NCBI RefSeq assembly: GCF_963921235.1
Contig: NC_086118.1
Coordinates: 12,154,001-12,218,000, forward strand
DNA: 64,000 nucleotides
Source: Mobula hypostoma
Lineage: Eukaryota
Reading direction: 5' to 3'
Part shown: positions 27,729 to 40,124 of the stretch, in pieces
Layout: each line of letters starts with the position of its first letter
How positions within the stretch are numbered: position 1 is the stretch's first letter
Program-made: the position numbers and the translations under genes
The notes under the pieces: generated by a model
Told to the model about the DNA's origin: nothing
The model's input: only the letters and a program-made list of their open reading frames with translations
Databases searched by the model: none

Positions 27729-27810
27729 TGGCAGCAATGGGATTCGAACTTGCACCAACAAATTGACTGGAACCTAATTCAAATGCCTGAGATAGCTTGG
27801 TATGTTTTTG
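27729..27810 (-). pseudogene. Decayed tRNA-Leu(TAG) pseudogene
   Basis: tggcagcaatgggattcgaac...gactggaacctaattcaaatgcctgaga aligns colinearly to the reverse complement of vertebrate tRNA-Leu-TAG including the long variable arm; 5' acceptor strand and A box eroded. Confidence 0.7.
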
Positions 27811-29161
27811 AGTGTGAGCTACCCCAACACTGTTTTAAACATCATTTTTGATAATTTCATGTTTTAATTGTGAGGAATCTGAACAGATTTTGCTGCTAAG
27901 TTGTGCATTCAGTGCATCAAAAAATAGTGAAGCTCAGTTTCTAAGCTTTAGCCAAATAAAACCTACAAACTGCTGGAGGAATAGCATTTGTAAGGCAAAG
28001 AGATTGTCAGGATTCTGGGTGAAGGCTTTTTTGGACTGAGAGAAGTGAGGCAGTATCTGAGCATTAGCCTCTTGTCACACCAGCACATGGTGTGCCACCA
28101 ATTCTCTGCATACATCCCTTTTGCATGCATTGTGAAGATGATGTGTCGTTGTACCTGACTTCTCACACACAATTTCCCCTCTGTGATTGGCAGTGCAAGG
28201 AGTTGGCTGTTCTGGAGTAGTCCATGAATCAGTCTGATACTAAATGTGATGCGAACAGTTTTGATGCGGTTAAGCACCACATTAACCCAACCAACACAGA
28301 CGACACATTAGCTGACCTGATAGTTCCTCTGGGCTAGCATTGCAGGTGTAGAAATAATTAAACCCAGCCAAACATGTGATTTACTTTTCTTGGCTGGTCA
28401 TCAGAATGTTTCATCATGATGACTTTATTCAAGTCTTTGTGATTTGAACATCACCATAGCAACATGGCTATGATGATCTTAGCAGTTGCAGGTTCCTTGC
28501 TGTGTGACTGGCTTTTCACCTTGTTGGGCAGTCATTCTTTTGTGCTTCAGCATTAAATTCATCCATCAGATTACCTGTGCAGACAGAAACATCTTTGAAC
28601 TCATTAATGGTTTGTTTTTGTTCTCTGTTCATAAAACACTGGCAGGCAGCAAGATCTTAATAGACCTGACACATTTTCTTGTGCAGTCAGTCAGGTGGAG
28701 CCCTGATAGTGGTTGTGAATGCATCGCGTAGATTCTTGGTTGCTACTGTTCGCTGTCACCTTGGCTTACAACAAGTTATCTCATTCAGTCTGTTGTAGCT
28801 GACTACTGTAACCTGCTATTGCTTTGTTACTGTGGCTGATAACCCATCTGCTCCACAATTCAAATAAATAATTTATCAATTCTTTCATTGTCAACTTGCC
28901 TATATTAGTAGGTGTTGAATATCCATTTCATTTAGATCATCTTCTGCAAAAGGGGCACTATGTACTACCCCATAACTCAAATCATTCCTCCCTCCCCCAT
29001 TTATTCACCCACACCCTCCCAGTCTCTGCTTCATAACACCGCTCAATGTCCTACTCCTCTTCTAAACCACTCAGCTCTCTTTCCACACCTCTTCCCAGTC
29101 TCCCCTTTCAGTTGCTCAGCCATAGTCCTTCACAGATCGTTTCCGAGTTGGCACAATCTTA

Positions 29162-29403
29162 AACACAAGGAAGCCTGTAGATGCTGGAAATCCAAAGCAG
29201 TGCCCAGAAAATGCTGGAGGAACTCAGTAATGCAGGCAGCTTCCATGGAAATGAATGGACAGTCCTATCTTTTTATTCTGGCATCTTCCCCCTTCCTTCT
29301 CGGTCCTGAAGAAGGGCCTCAGCTGGAAACATCGACTATCTATTCATCTCCATAAATGTTGCCTGACCTGCTGAGTTCCTCCAGTATTTTGTGTGTGTTG
29401 CAA
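29162..29403. mobile_element. PLE pLTR module with inverted head and 11-bp TSD
   Basis: Head tgctggaggaactcag pairs with tail ctgagttcctccagta; core ctgaagaagggcctcagctggaaacatcgac; TSD gcaca(a/t)tctta at 29151-29161 and 29404-29414. Confidence 0.8.
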
Positions 29404-30694
29404 GCACATTCTTACCCAGCTTGCTGCCCAGCTTGTTCCTCAAATAATGCACCCTGCCAAAGAATCCAGTCTCCACTGCATCACATGATCCAGGGAAGTA
29501 GTTATTAACATGCCAGAGGAGTTGACGTCAAATCTATCTGTGCAATGGCTTTATGTAAATAAGCTTGCTGAAACTATGCTTAATCTTTGAGTTATGAATT
29601 AACTTCATTTGAAATTTGTTTTAGATTTAGAGATTAGAATCCACAGTGACTTCTGAATAATGTCTGCATTAGTGTTAGCAACTGCATCATTCATCACAGC
29701 CTCACTGTATGAACACAAGGAAATAAGACAATATATAATAAGACAAACTGATTAGGAGGAGGAGCTATGTAACACTACCATTTATTTATTTTATTAGCTG
29801 TTTGCCAAAGAGAGGGAGAGATGCAGTATTATAAAACTCATTGTTTGCCTGTCAGAGGCTTAGTTCTGCACAGGGTGGATCTTGCTTTGATTTTCATGTG
29901 CACTTGTATCTAGTGGGGTTGATGCTTGCTGTGATAGCCTGTACCTTAATAATAAATGTTGGCTCTCTATCTCATTTTATAACCAAGTCTGTCATGAATA
30001 AAGGAATAATTTCTATATCCTCTGGGAGTCTACAAGAATAATTTGAGATTTACTTTTGCGAGACAGCCCAAGGAACTGATGGAGAGCTGATCAGGTCTGT
30101 CCAAAACTAAACTGGAAATCTGCATATTAGTCTTGCCGTAGGACTGATTGACATATTAGAAGCCCCTTATATCTGAATAGCTGGGATCTTTGAACACCCG
30201 GACCTTTAAATTGGGTTTGGCTGCTTCCCCAATATTAATGGTACAAAAGGTCACTGACTGTTTAGAAGCTGGTACCACCCTGATAAAACAAAAAATAACA
30301 ACTTCACTTGTCTTCACAACCAGCATTTCCAGACTGTCCATTTTCTTAGTCTTATCTTTTTGTTCCTCTGCTTTCGAATAGCTCAATTTGTTCTACTTTT
30401 CTCTGCTTTCATTATTTGTCAGTTTTGCATGAAAAGTGCCACTTCCATTGGAGACAATCCATGAGTTCCACAAGTCTACTCACAGTGCAAAATGTTCTTC
30501 AGCGTGTCTTCTGCTCTGGCTGAGGATGAAAAGGCTTTTAGCCACAGTGCTGTTCTGTGTTCTGAACTGGATGGCTGGCGGCAAGTGAGGGGTGGGTGTG
30601 TGATGTCGTGCTACAGAGAGAAGTGTAACAAAGGCACTTGGTCTGCAAACTCGTCACCCCATGTGTAGCATGATAGTGGACAGATGCCTCCATT

Positions 30695-30952
30695 CTCACT
30701 TGCTAGCACAATGCTTTACAGTAGAGGCTATGTGGGTTCAAATCCCACCACTGCCTGTAAGGAGTTTTGTACATGCTCTCCATGAACATCTGGATTCCTC
30801 CTGGTGCTCTGGTTTCCTCCAGAGTCCAAAGACACAGCAGTTGATAGGTTAATTGGTGGTTGTAAATTGTCCCATGATTAGGCTGGGCTTGCTCGGCAGC
30901 GTGGCTCGAAGGGCTGGAAGGACCTACTCCACGACATACCTCAGTAAATAAA
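30695..30952 (+). mobile_element. V-SINE (HE1-like)
   Basis: B box gggttcaaatccc; V-domain tcctcctggtgctctggtttcctccagagtccaaagac; tail ctcagtaaataaa. Confidence 0.75.
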
Positions 30953-32036
30953 ATCTCTAGCCTTTGTCACAAGTTGAAGGACACACCAGTCTGCACTCAA
31001 TCTACACAATTCTCTCCTTCAGAATCAGAATCAGATTTAATATCCCTAGCATATGTCATGAAATTTGTTATCTTTGTGGCAGCAGCACAATGCAATATAT
31101 AATAATAGAGAAAAATAAAAACTGTGAAGGAAAAAAATATATACATATGTTTAACTGTTAAATTAAATAAGTAATGCAAAATGTCTTTCATACTGTGGAG
31201 GCTAGTGCCCATGATGGAGCTAACTAAGTTCACAAAGTTCCTTTTACTCCATTTCTGCCTGTGATCTGCTCCTTAGCTCCCACTTAGTTTAGTCTTTTTT
31301 TGTAATTCCTTCTGAGCTTTGCACATGCACTTGTACTGACCCTGTCACGCAGGGATCCCATGCTGAGGTTGGTGAAGGTGAGCTTAAGGAGTGGTCTATT
31401 CTTAGGCAGTGTGGGTGGAAATTCTTTCTGTCCCGAGTTTGGGAAAGGTCAGGGGTAATGGAGTGAAATGTTGACACAGGAACAAGTAACCAGCTATTTG
31501 GCTGCAGTACCTTGAATATATTATAACTGATCTGGATTTTAACTTTATTCGTATATTTTCTCTTGACCAACAAAATCCAAGGGATTCATCTCTTTGAGTG
31601 AATTGACATCACTGCAAAAACTTCTTCAGGGAAAGAAATGTAGCATTACACTGAAGAAATGCTGCTGACATTGCTGTGGTTTTGGGAGTGAGGAAGAGGA
31701 GAAAACGTGGTGGAGAAAATAATGCCACAGCTTAGCAGAGATGGCACTGTAGAGGAAAACAACCTGGAGCAGGAATTGGGGAGGGAAGAGGCAAGAGAAG
31801 CCTTAGAAAAGTACCCCAGAGCAGAGCAGCGAGGTGCCAAGCTGTTTTCTTGGTGGAAGTGCAGGAACAGTATAAGGTATTGTATAGGGACTGGTTGAGG
31901 GACTGTGGGAAGCTCAGAGCAGTGTTGGGAAACATGCTCCTAGGAAACAATACCATCTTCCCTCAACTTCAGTTAGATTTTGACATACATTGAAGGAAAT
32001 AAGAGAATCGCCATTAGTTGAATTTAGTAGCTCATA

Positions 32037-32913
32037 GACACCACGGTGGTTGGTCTGATCAGAGGGGATGATGAGTCGGCCTACAGGGACGAGGTCCAGC
32101 ACCTGGCCGTGTGGTGTGCCGACAACAACCTGGCCCTTAACACCCAGAAGACCAAGGAGATCATTGTGGACTTCAGGCATGCCAGGAGTCACACTCACGT
32201 CCCCATCTACATCAACGGAACTGGAGTGGAGCGTGTATCAAGCTTCAAATTCCTTGGCGTCCACATTTCCAAGGATCTCACCTGGTCCCTGAACTCCTCC
32301 ATCTTGATCAAAAAGGTGCAACAGCGCCTTTATTTCCTGCTAAGCATGAAGAAAGCTCACCTCAATCCCAGGATACTGACGGACTTTTACTGCTGCACCA
32401 TTGAGAGCATACTCACCAACTGCATCTCAGTGTGGTATGGCAATTGTCCCGTATCAGACCAAAAAGCACACCAGCATGTGCTGAAAACTGCCCAGCAGAT
32501 TATCCGCACCCAATTGCCCACCATTAAGAACATCTACCATAAACGCTGCCTGGACAGGGCGAAAAGCATTATCAGGGATGCATCTCACCCTAACCATGGA
32601 CTTTTTACTCTCCTCCCATCCAGTAGGCGCTACAGGAGCCTCCGCTCCCACACCAGCAGGCACAGGAAGAGCTTCTTCCCTGAGGCTGTGACCCTGCTGA
32701 ACCTCGCATCACAGCGCTAAGCAGTATTGCACCCATATTGTACTGTCTCAGTACTTCTATATTTGTGTGCTGTAGCACTTTTTTTATTCTCAGTTATTTT
32801 GTAAATAACACTATTCTCTGCATTTCTGGTCAGATGCTAACTGCATTTCATTGGCTTTGTATCTGTACTCAGCACAATGACAATGAAGTTGAATCTAATG
32901 TAATCTAATCTAA
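32037..32913 (+). mobile_element. Rex1/Babar LINE, 5'-truncated, intact 224-codon C-terminal frame
   Basis: ORF 32046-32720: VGLIRGDDESAYRDEV..WCADNNLALNTQKTKEIIVDFR..FKFLGVHIS..QRLYFL..LPSSRRYRSL; tail gaatctaatgtaatctaatctaa. Confidence 0.92.
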
Positions 32914-33169
32914 AGCATTTACAGTGAAATTATTTTCTTTATTATCTTGTAGACATTTATTTTGAGCTTTTTTTCCAGCCTTTATGCAATAGATATCTAC
33001 ATCAATGTTTTCTCATTGTTGGTCAGTTTTTGCTGATCAGACTAGAATATTCCACCTCACTCACGGGCAAAACATTCTGGAAACACACAGCCCACCAGGC
33101 AGAGAACAGAGTTAACGTTTCAAGTTACAGACTGTTCGACAGAACTGGAAACCACACAATATTTTAATT

Positions 33170-33560
33170 ATTTGTCTCAGTCTTTGTATATTTTTGGCCT
33201 TTATTTCTCATTCTTGCTCCCTCTTCCTCACTCTCTCTCCTTCTCCCTATATCTATCTACTTTCACTTTCCCTCTCTGCCCCTTTCTCTCTCACTCTCTC
33301 CCTGTATATCCCTACCTTTTCTCTTCTCTTAATCCTGTTTGCCTTTCCTGTTCTCCTCTTTTCTCCCCTTCTGCCTGTCTCTTACCCTTTATCCTTTCTA
33401 CTCATTTCCTTTTTTCTTCACCCCTCTATTCTATGCTTTTTTCAAACCCACTGTCTCCCTTCTCTCCCCTTCTCTCTTCCTTATCCACCCTCAACCTCCC
33501 TCTTTGCTGTCCTCTCTCTTTCCTTCTTTCTTTCAGTCCTCCCCTCCCCATCCACTTCAC
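33170..33560. repeat. CT-rich low-complexity tract
   Basis: Nearly pure pyrimidine on the plus strand. Confidence 0.8.
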
Positions 33561-33614
33561 AGACTCTGCCAGGCCTTATGAGTATTTTCCATTCTTCAAC
33601 AGCCCCAGGATTTT

Positions 33615-33935
33615 ACACACACAAGATGCGGAACTCAGCAGATCAGGCAGCGCCTATGGAAATGAAGAAACAGTTGACGTTTTGGGCTGAGACCCTTCTT
33701 CAGGAATGAGGAAGGGGGAAGATGCCAGGATAAAAAGATGGGGAGAGTGGAAAGAGGTTAGCTGGAAGCCAGGTAGGCCGGAAAGGTCAAGGGCTTGAAT
33801 AAAAGGAATTGTTTAGAAGAGGACAACAGACCACAGGAGAAAGAGAAGGAGGAGGGGACCCAGAGGGAAGTGACAGGCAGGTGAAAAGAGGCATGAGTTC
33901 AGAGCGCGGAATAGAGGAATGAGGAAAAGGGGAAA
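33615..33935 (-). mobile_element. PLE pLTR fragment
   Basis: Reverse complement reads cctgaagaagggtctcagcccaaaacgtcaactg...ctgctgagttcc. Confidence 0.75.
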
Positions 33936-34732
33936 TTTTACATTCATATTTAAGCATTCATATTAGATGACATTCATGACTTCATGAAATTTTCAAACTA
34001 TATTGCAAATAAGTTATATCATTGGGAGTAGGTTAAGTGAAGATGCCAAGGGAGACATGTCATTAACACCAGCATAAGCAGCGGAACTGCAAGTGTTTGT
34101 TCAACTCTCTTACATTTTCTGCCATGGGCCAGTGCCCCAGTGAACATACTGGCAAACGCTGCTGAAGAGTCCACTGAGAGAAAGTGGCGAAGGTGTTGTC
34201 AGAGGCGGCTCTGCAAGAGAAAGCAAGCTGACATTCAAAAGAGTGAATAAACCAGCGATGTGCTTTCAACCACAGGAAGCTGTAATGAGGTGGATTCCCT
34301 TTTCAGTAGCTCACTTAGTCAACATGATCCAATTTCCTTTACAGTGAGGCATCACATACTTGCCACTTAAGAGTAAGTCTATCAACACCCACAAAACTAT
34401 CCACTCTTATAGATCGCAAGCTTCCCTCTTGATTAGTCTTTGTTTGGAAGGGGTCAAACTGATTTTACTTCCTTGCTCTTTATTTTGTAAACTGCATTTT
34501 GCATGGATTAAATTACTTTGCTTTAATGAACAACTTGGCTGGATCAATTTTGCTGTGATCTTCTGTTCCCCTTTAAGGCACTTCTTTTGCTTATATCTAA
34601 CACATTTTTCTCAATGGAATTCAAGGGGATAGTTTAATTTCCTGATTAAGAGGCCATTATTCGTGGCTCTATGTCTTGTTGAGTAGGGTTTGCCAGATTT
34701 CTACACTGACAGCCACATGTACTAAACTGGTA

Positions 34733-34975
34733 CAGTCGACCTTCACTAATCCGACTACCTGTAATCCAGTTTCTTCGATAATCCGGCACTGATTATGCTT
34801 GATGTGATCCTTCTGTAATTCGACATTTTCACTAATCCGACACTCCTCAGGTCCCAATGGTGCTGGATTAGTGAAGGTTAGCTATTGTTTAATGTGATCC
34901 TTCTGTAATTCAGCATCTTCACTAATCCGGCACTCGTCAGGTTCCAATGGTGCCGGATTAGTGAAGGTCGACCTG
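34733..34975. mobile_element. Tc1/mariner (pogo/Tigger-like) MITE with internal duplication
   Basis: TIRs cagtcgaccttcactaatccg / cggattagtgaaggtcgacctg; TA at 34731-34732 and 34976-34977. Confidence 0.8.
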
Positions 34976-35476
34976 TATTTCAAAAGGTGGTCTTACTGTC
35001 TGAGACCACATGCTGAATCATAGGCAGTGCTAGAGATCGATGAAATGTAACACTGGTCATCCAGAGCTAGCTGTCTGTTAAAGATCTTAGCAGCTTTTGA
35101 TGCTGATGTCGGATTCTGGTGTTTTTTAATCCAAGGTTCTTTCAAAAGTCAGAAACGAGGCATAAAACTTGTTGCCTCACCATCATTTTATTCAGTACTA
35201 CTAGGAAAAAAAGAAAATTAGAAATGGACAGTTACAGGAGCAGAAACTAGAAAGGGAGAGAAGCAAAAGGTGGCAGAGCCAGGTGATCAGTTCTTGCGTA
35301 CCACATAGAGAAGAAACATTCCATTCAACCAATCAGATGGGCCTTATTCAAATAATGCAACACTAGAGAAGATTACAGAGCTTTCCAGAATGATACAAAA
35401 ATCTGTAACCACTACGGGACACAGTAAACAACAGCACATACATCCTGTGACCACTAGGAAACATACTAAACAGTTA

Positions 35477-35543
35477 TAGTACTGTGAAAAAGTCTTGGAA
35501 ACATATATCTAGCTAACATGCCTAAGACTTTTGCACAGTACTG
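35477..35543. mobile_element. Very short Tc1-like MITE (orphan TIR at 35653-35670)
   Basis: agtactgtgaaaaagtctt / aagacttttgcacagtactg; third copy ta-cagtactgtgcaaaagtc. Confidence 0.6.
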
Positions 35544-36065
35544 CGTACTGGTTAAAATCGGAAGGCAGTTGGGAAACAGAAACAAGAGTCCTCAGTATTG
35601 TATTAGCTCATTAGTACTAACTGTTATTTGGTAACTGGAAAGACGTACTATACAGTACTGTGCAAAAGTCATCTGAATGTCTGTCATACTTGAAATTTAT
35701 TAAAACCAATACTGAATTTAAGAAGAAAGTAGAATCATATCCCTTATCTTCCTCACTGTTGTAATATCTCCATTGAAAGCACAATGAAAAGCATTTACAC
35801 GAGAGGGATCAGACCAATCATCCCTTTGAGCAAGCTCTGTCATTCAATATGAAAATAATTGATCCTCTATCTCAATATTCATGTTCTCCTTATCCCTCTT
35901 CATGTTTTCTATGTCTTGATAATTACAGTATTTACTTCTTTCTCTACCACAGGCTTTAGTGGTAAAGAATTCTACAGGTTTGCCATCCTCTGAGCGATGA
36001 AATTTTACTTTTTCTTGGTCCTACGTAACTTGTATTCTAAGACTGTATTGCCTTGTCCTGGATCT

Positions 36066-36730
36066 TTCTTTTTTTCTTTATTTATTTATTAATCTTTTTA
36101 TTGATTTAAAAGGAGCATAAATACAATCAAGAGGACAATTATCTCAAATATATATATCAGTAACAATACAAACCGAGATTAAGATAGACATTGTCAAAAT
36201 CATATATATTGTTAAGCTAGTATAAAATATATAATGAAATAAAGAAAACAGCAATTCTCCTCTTATCAGTTCATGAAGAGGAAAGAAAAAACATTGAGTT
36301 TTAAAAGGAGAGAAAAAAAAACCCACTACACTATATGAAGAAAAGAAACAAAAAAAAAGGGACTGGGCAGTCTATTTTGAGGATACGACCAAAAAAAAAA
36401 GACTTTCTAATCAAATCTAAAACTTCGAAAAAAATTGGCAGAGTAATAAATCAAATTAAATGAAGATATTGGATAAAAGGTCGCCAGATTTGCTCAAATT
36501 TAAAGGATGTATCAGATGTCTGGCTTCTTATCTTCTGTAAACTTAAAAAGGACATAATGAAGGAGAGCCAATAAAAGACTGTAGGTGGATTAGAATCCTT
36601 CCACTTCAATAAAATGGCTCTCCTAGCCAGTAAGGTCAAAAAGGCTATCATATGTTGAGCAGAAACAGGAATATTTTCTGCTTCCGATGGGGTAATCCCA
36701 AAATTTGCCGTAAGCAAATTAGGTTGAGAT
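36066..36730 (-). mobile_element. L1-clade LINE 3' end inserted in an older CR1 remnant (about 35800-37050)
   Basis: ORF 36451-36717: LLARRAILLKWKDSNPPT..W....LSLQKIR..KFEQIWRPF (fish-type L1 ORF2 C-terminus); T-rich tail at about 36066-36100. Confidence 0.8.
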
Positions 36731-36951
36731 CCTTCATCATCCAGTCTGTCCTACTCTGTCAGAAATATGGTCATTTTGATGTGATCCATACTCATTCTTC
36801 TAATCTCTAGTGATTATAGGTTTAGTTAACATAATCTCTCCTAAATTCCCATCAGGAATTTGACTGAAGAATTTTCATTACATGTCCTCTATGGCAAGCC
36901 TATATCCTCTAAGGTGAGGAGACCAAAACTGCACATAATACAGGTTTGGTT

Positions 36952-37792
36952 TCAGGAAAGTGATATATGATGATAGTAAGACATTCTTTTTCCTGTAGTC
37001 TAAACCTCCCTCAATGAAGGCCTTGCATATTACATGCCAGCTCTAACCTGGAATAGGATGAATGAAAGATCACATCCAACAGGACAAGCAATTAACATGC
37101 AAAAGAAAACAAACTGTAAGAAAGAACGAATAATAAATAAATAAATAAATAAATAAGACCCTAAGACATAGGAGCAGAATTAAGCCATTCAGCCCATCGA
37201 GTATGCTCCACCAGTTCATCGTGGCTGATCCATTTCCCTTTCAATCCCATTCTCCTGCCTTCTCCCCATAAGCGTCCTGACTAACCAAGAACCAAGAAGT
37301 CATTTCAAAACTTGGATGTTGGATGTGATCTTTCATTGATTCTATTCCAGGTTAGAGCTGGCATGTAATATGCAAGGCCTTCATTGAGGGAGGTTTAGAC
37401 TACAAGAAAAAGAATGTCTTACTATCATCATATATCACTTTCCTGATACAAGTTCCACTGCATCTAGTGCTGAGGTAGAGCAAGTCGGTACTAGCAGAGT
37501 CACCCATTGCAACGTGCTCCCTCATTCATCGTGGAGCCTCATATTGGCTGCTCAGAACTGCTGGCAAAAGTTACAAAAAATCCTGTCCATATAAGCATCG
37601 CAGAGATACCATAAATGAAACCAAATATTTAAGGTGTGTTTTGAAATGACTTCTTGGTTCTTGGTTAGTCAGGATGCTTATGGGGAGAAGGCAGGAGAAT
37701 GGGATTGAAAGGGAAATGGATCAGCCACGATGAACTGGTGGAGCATACTCGATGGGCTGAATGGCTTAATTCTGCTCCTATGTCTTAGGGTC

Positions 37793-37823
<31 letters not shown>

Positions 37824-37909
37824 TTAATTATTCGTTCTTTCTTACAGTTTGTTTTCTTTTGCATGTTAATTGCTTGTCCTGTTGGATGTGATCTTTCATT
37901 GATTCTATT
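36952..37909. repeat. Two interleaved inverted duplications
   Basis: 36952-37080 is the reverse complement of 37318-37446; 37052-37311 is the reverse complement of 37638-37909. Confidence 0.93.
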
Positions 37910-38361
37910 GAGTTTCCTGTATTTACTGTGAATGCTCACAATAAGACAAATCTCATATATGTACTTTGATTAGAAATTTACTTTGAACTTTGAACTTTAA
38001 TCTAGGCAGAGAAAGATGGAGTTTAAAGATTACACTGTGTGGAAGCTTCATAAACTTCCCAGTGATTTAATGGACACAATGCAAAGTTCCTGACTTTACT
38101 GCAGCAGGTTCCTCACAGAGTACCCCATACTTAGATGGGTTCTCCCACTCTTCACTCCCTCTTCATTGACAGAGGTCAAAGTTGGTAGCAGATCAACTAA
38201 AGACTAGCTGGCACCTTAGTGAACTGGGGGTCTATAATATATCACTTCTATCACTGATCATCAGAAAAACTGACATGTAAAAATAGGCAATGCAAGAAAC
38301 ACACAGCAGGTCAGGCAACATCTGTGAATAATGGAACAGAGTTAATATTTCTGGTTGAATT

Positions 38362-39190
38362 TCAGTGGTTCAATAGTTCAGTTTATTATCAGAATGTATT
38401 CACTATACAACCTGAAATATTTAGTCTGCAGACATCCACGAAAAACAGAAGAACCCCAAAAGAATGAACAACAGAAAAATGTTAGAACCCCAAAGACCCC
38501 TCTCCCCTCTCCCCGCACAAGTAGCAGCAAGCATCAATGCATCAACATCCCCCTTCCCCTCCACTCACATCAACGTCCACCACCCAGGAAGCAACGGCAA
38601 AAGCCCAAAGAGACACCATGATCTGCAGTCAATGAAAGCTATTGTTTACTTGACAGACTCTCTCTCACTGACATAGGACAGAGAGATGTCACCCATTTCA
38701 TGGTGAAAGGGGAGACTAACAGTTGTTGTTAGAATGTTGTAGTCTGCTACATCGCTTTTTACTTTGAGATTCTCCCACGAGAGAATCGGCAGCAAGCTCT
38801 CCGCACAATTAAGAGAAAGAAAGAGTGTGGTTGCTCGACTACAGAGACCTTCGTCCACAGCATCCGCCACCACGAAATCCTGATGTTCCCTCTCCTGCGA
38901 CGCCTCAGTTAGCAGCACCGGCCTGGAATCAGTTGTCCACGTAGGGCCACACCGTGGCATCTGCCATGCCACCCCTGGAGAATGTTGGAAAACGGCTGGT
39001 CGGTCAGTGAGCTCCAAGAAAGGAAACTAATCAGTGTGGAAAAAAAAGCAGTTTTCAGTGCTGTTGCAGATCAGAGTCCTCGATAGAACCCCAACCACCT
39101 TGAAGCGGGAAAAAGAGACATTAAGAAGAGGAATTTAAGCTGTTTCCGCAGATGAGCTTGAAGAACTAGCCATTTGATGCCATCTTAACT
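38362..39190 (-). mobile_element. Non-coding interspersed element with Rex1-like 3' tail (probable non-autonomous LINE derivative)
   Basis: Minus-strand start aagatggc; tail resembles the Rex1 3'UTR at about 41320; no ORF. Confidence 0.45.
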
Positions 39191-40124
39191 CTGCCCAAGA
39201 AGGATTTGACAAGGTTCTGAAGTATCTTCATTTTTCACTTTTACCTTAATTATCAGGATTTAACGATAAAGAGAAAAGCAGGAATGACTGGACTGGAGCA
39301 AATCAGAATGACTGGATTAAATATGCAAGTACAAAGAGATGGAAAGGAATTTAAAGATCTACAGTAATTTACAACTGCAGGACCAGGCTCGAGAGCTTCC
39401 ATTACTCTTCCCCTGTCTCAGAAAGCCTGAGTGGCAATGCAGAATCATAAATCTCCTCATTAAAATGCATGCACATTATTAAGCACTGGCCACCTCTGAA
39501 ATGAGTTTAATGGGCAATTAAGGTGCAAAAGCAGCAACTTCATGGGTCTCCTGTGTGATGGTGAGTTAGCTGCAGTTTTATGCCTGGAGGTGCTATCATC
39601 CATAGTTTATGGGGTTCAGATCCCATGAATAATTCCTCTTCACTACATGATGCTGGTCTATTTACACAATAATGTGGTGAACATTAATGAACTTCTTACT
39701 TTGGCAGCATATTCTGTGCCATTGGGTTCCTTTCATATCCCAACTCACACCACATTCTTTATTCATTAACCCCCAGAATGATCCTGTATTAGTTTTGTCT
39801 TACCTGTTGCACATTCATATTTTCTCCAGAGGTTATTGGTTGGCATGGTATCCCTGGACTCCATTGAACTTCTCCCACAGCACTAGCACCACAGCAATGG
39901 CTTCAGTAAGGTGGAAGTTGAAAAATAATTTGGATTTGAAAAGTGTACTTGTTGTGGTCAAGAAGTAAGGACTTTAAGATTGAGATGAAACCACCTCAGA
40001 GGATATTAAAAAAATAAATTTTAAAAAAAGATGTAGAAAGCTGTGTAAAGTTTTTTATAAATGGAAGGTTTCAAAGTGGTAGAAATACTAAGCAGGCCAG
40101 GCAGAATCTCGGAGAAGCAAAGTT

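Noticed and set aside
33172..33709. 172-aa and 171-aa ORFs
   Set aside because: Stop-poor CT-rich low complexity running into a PLE fragment
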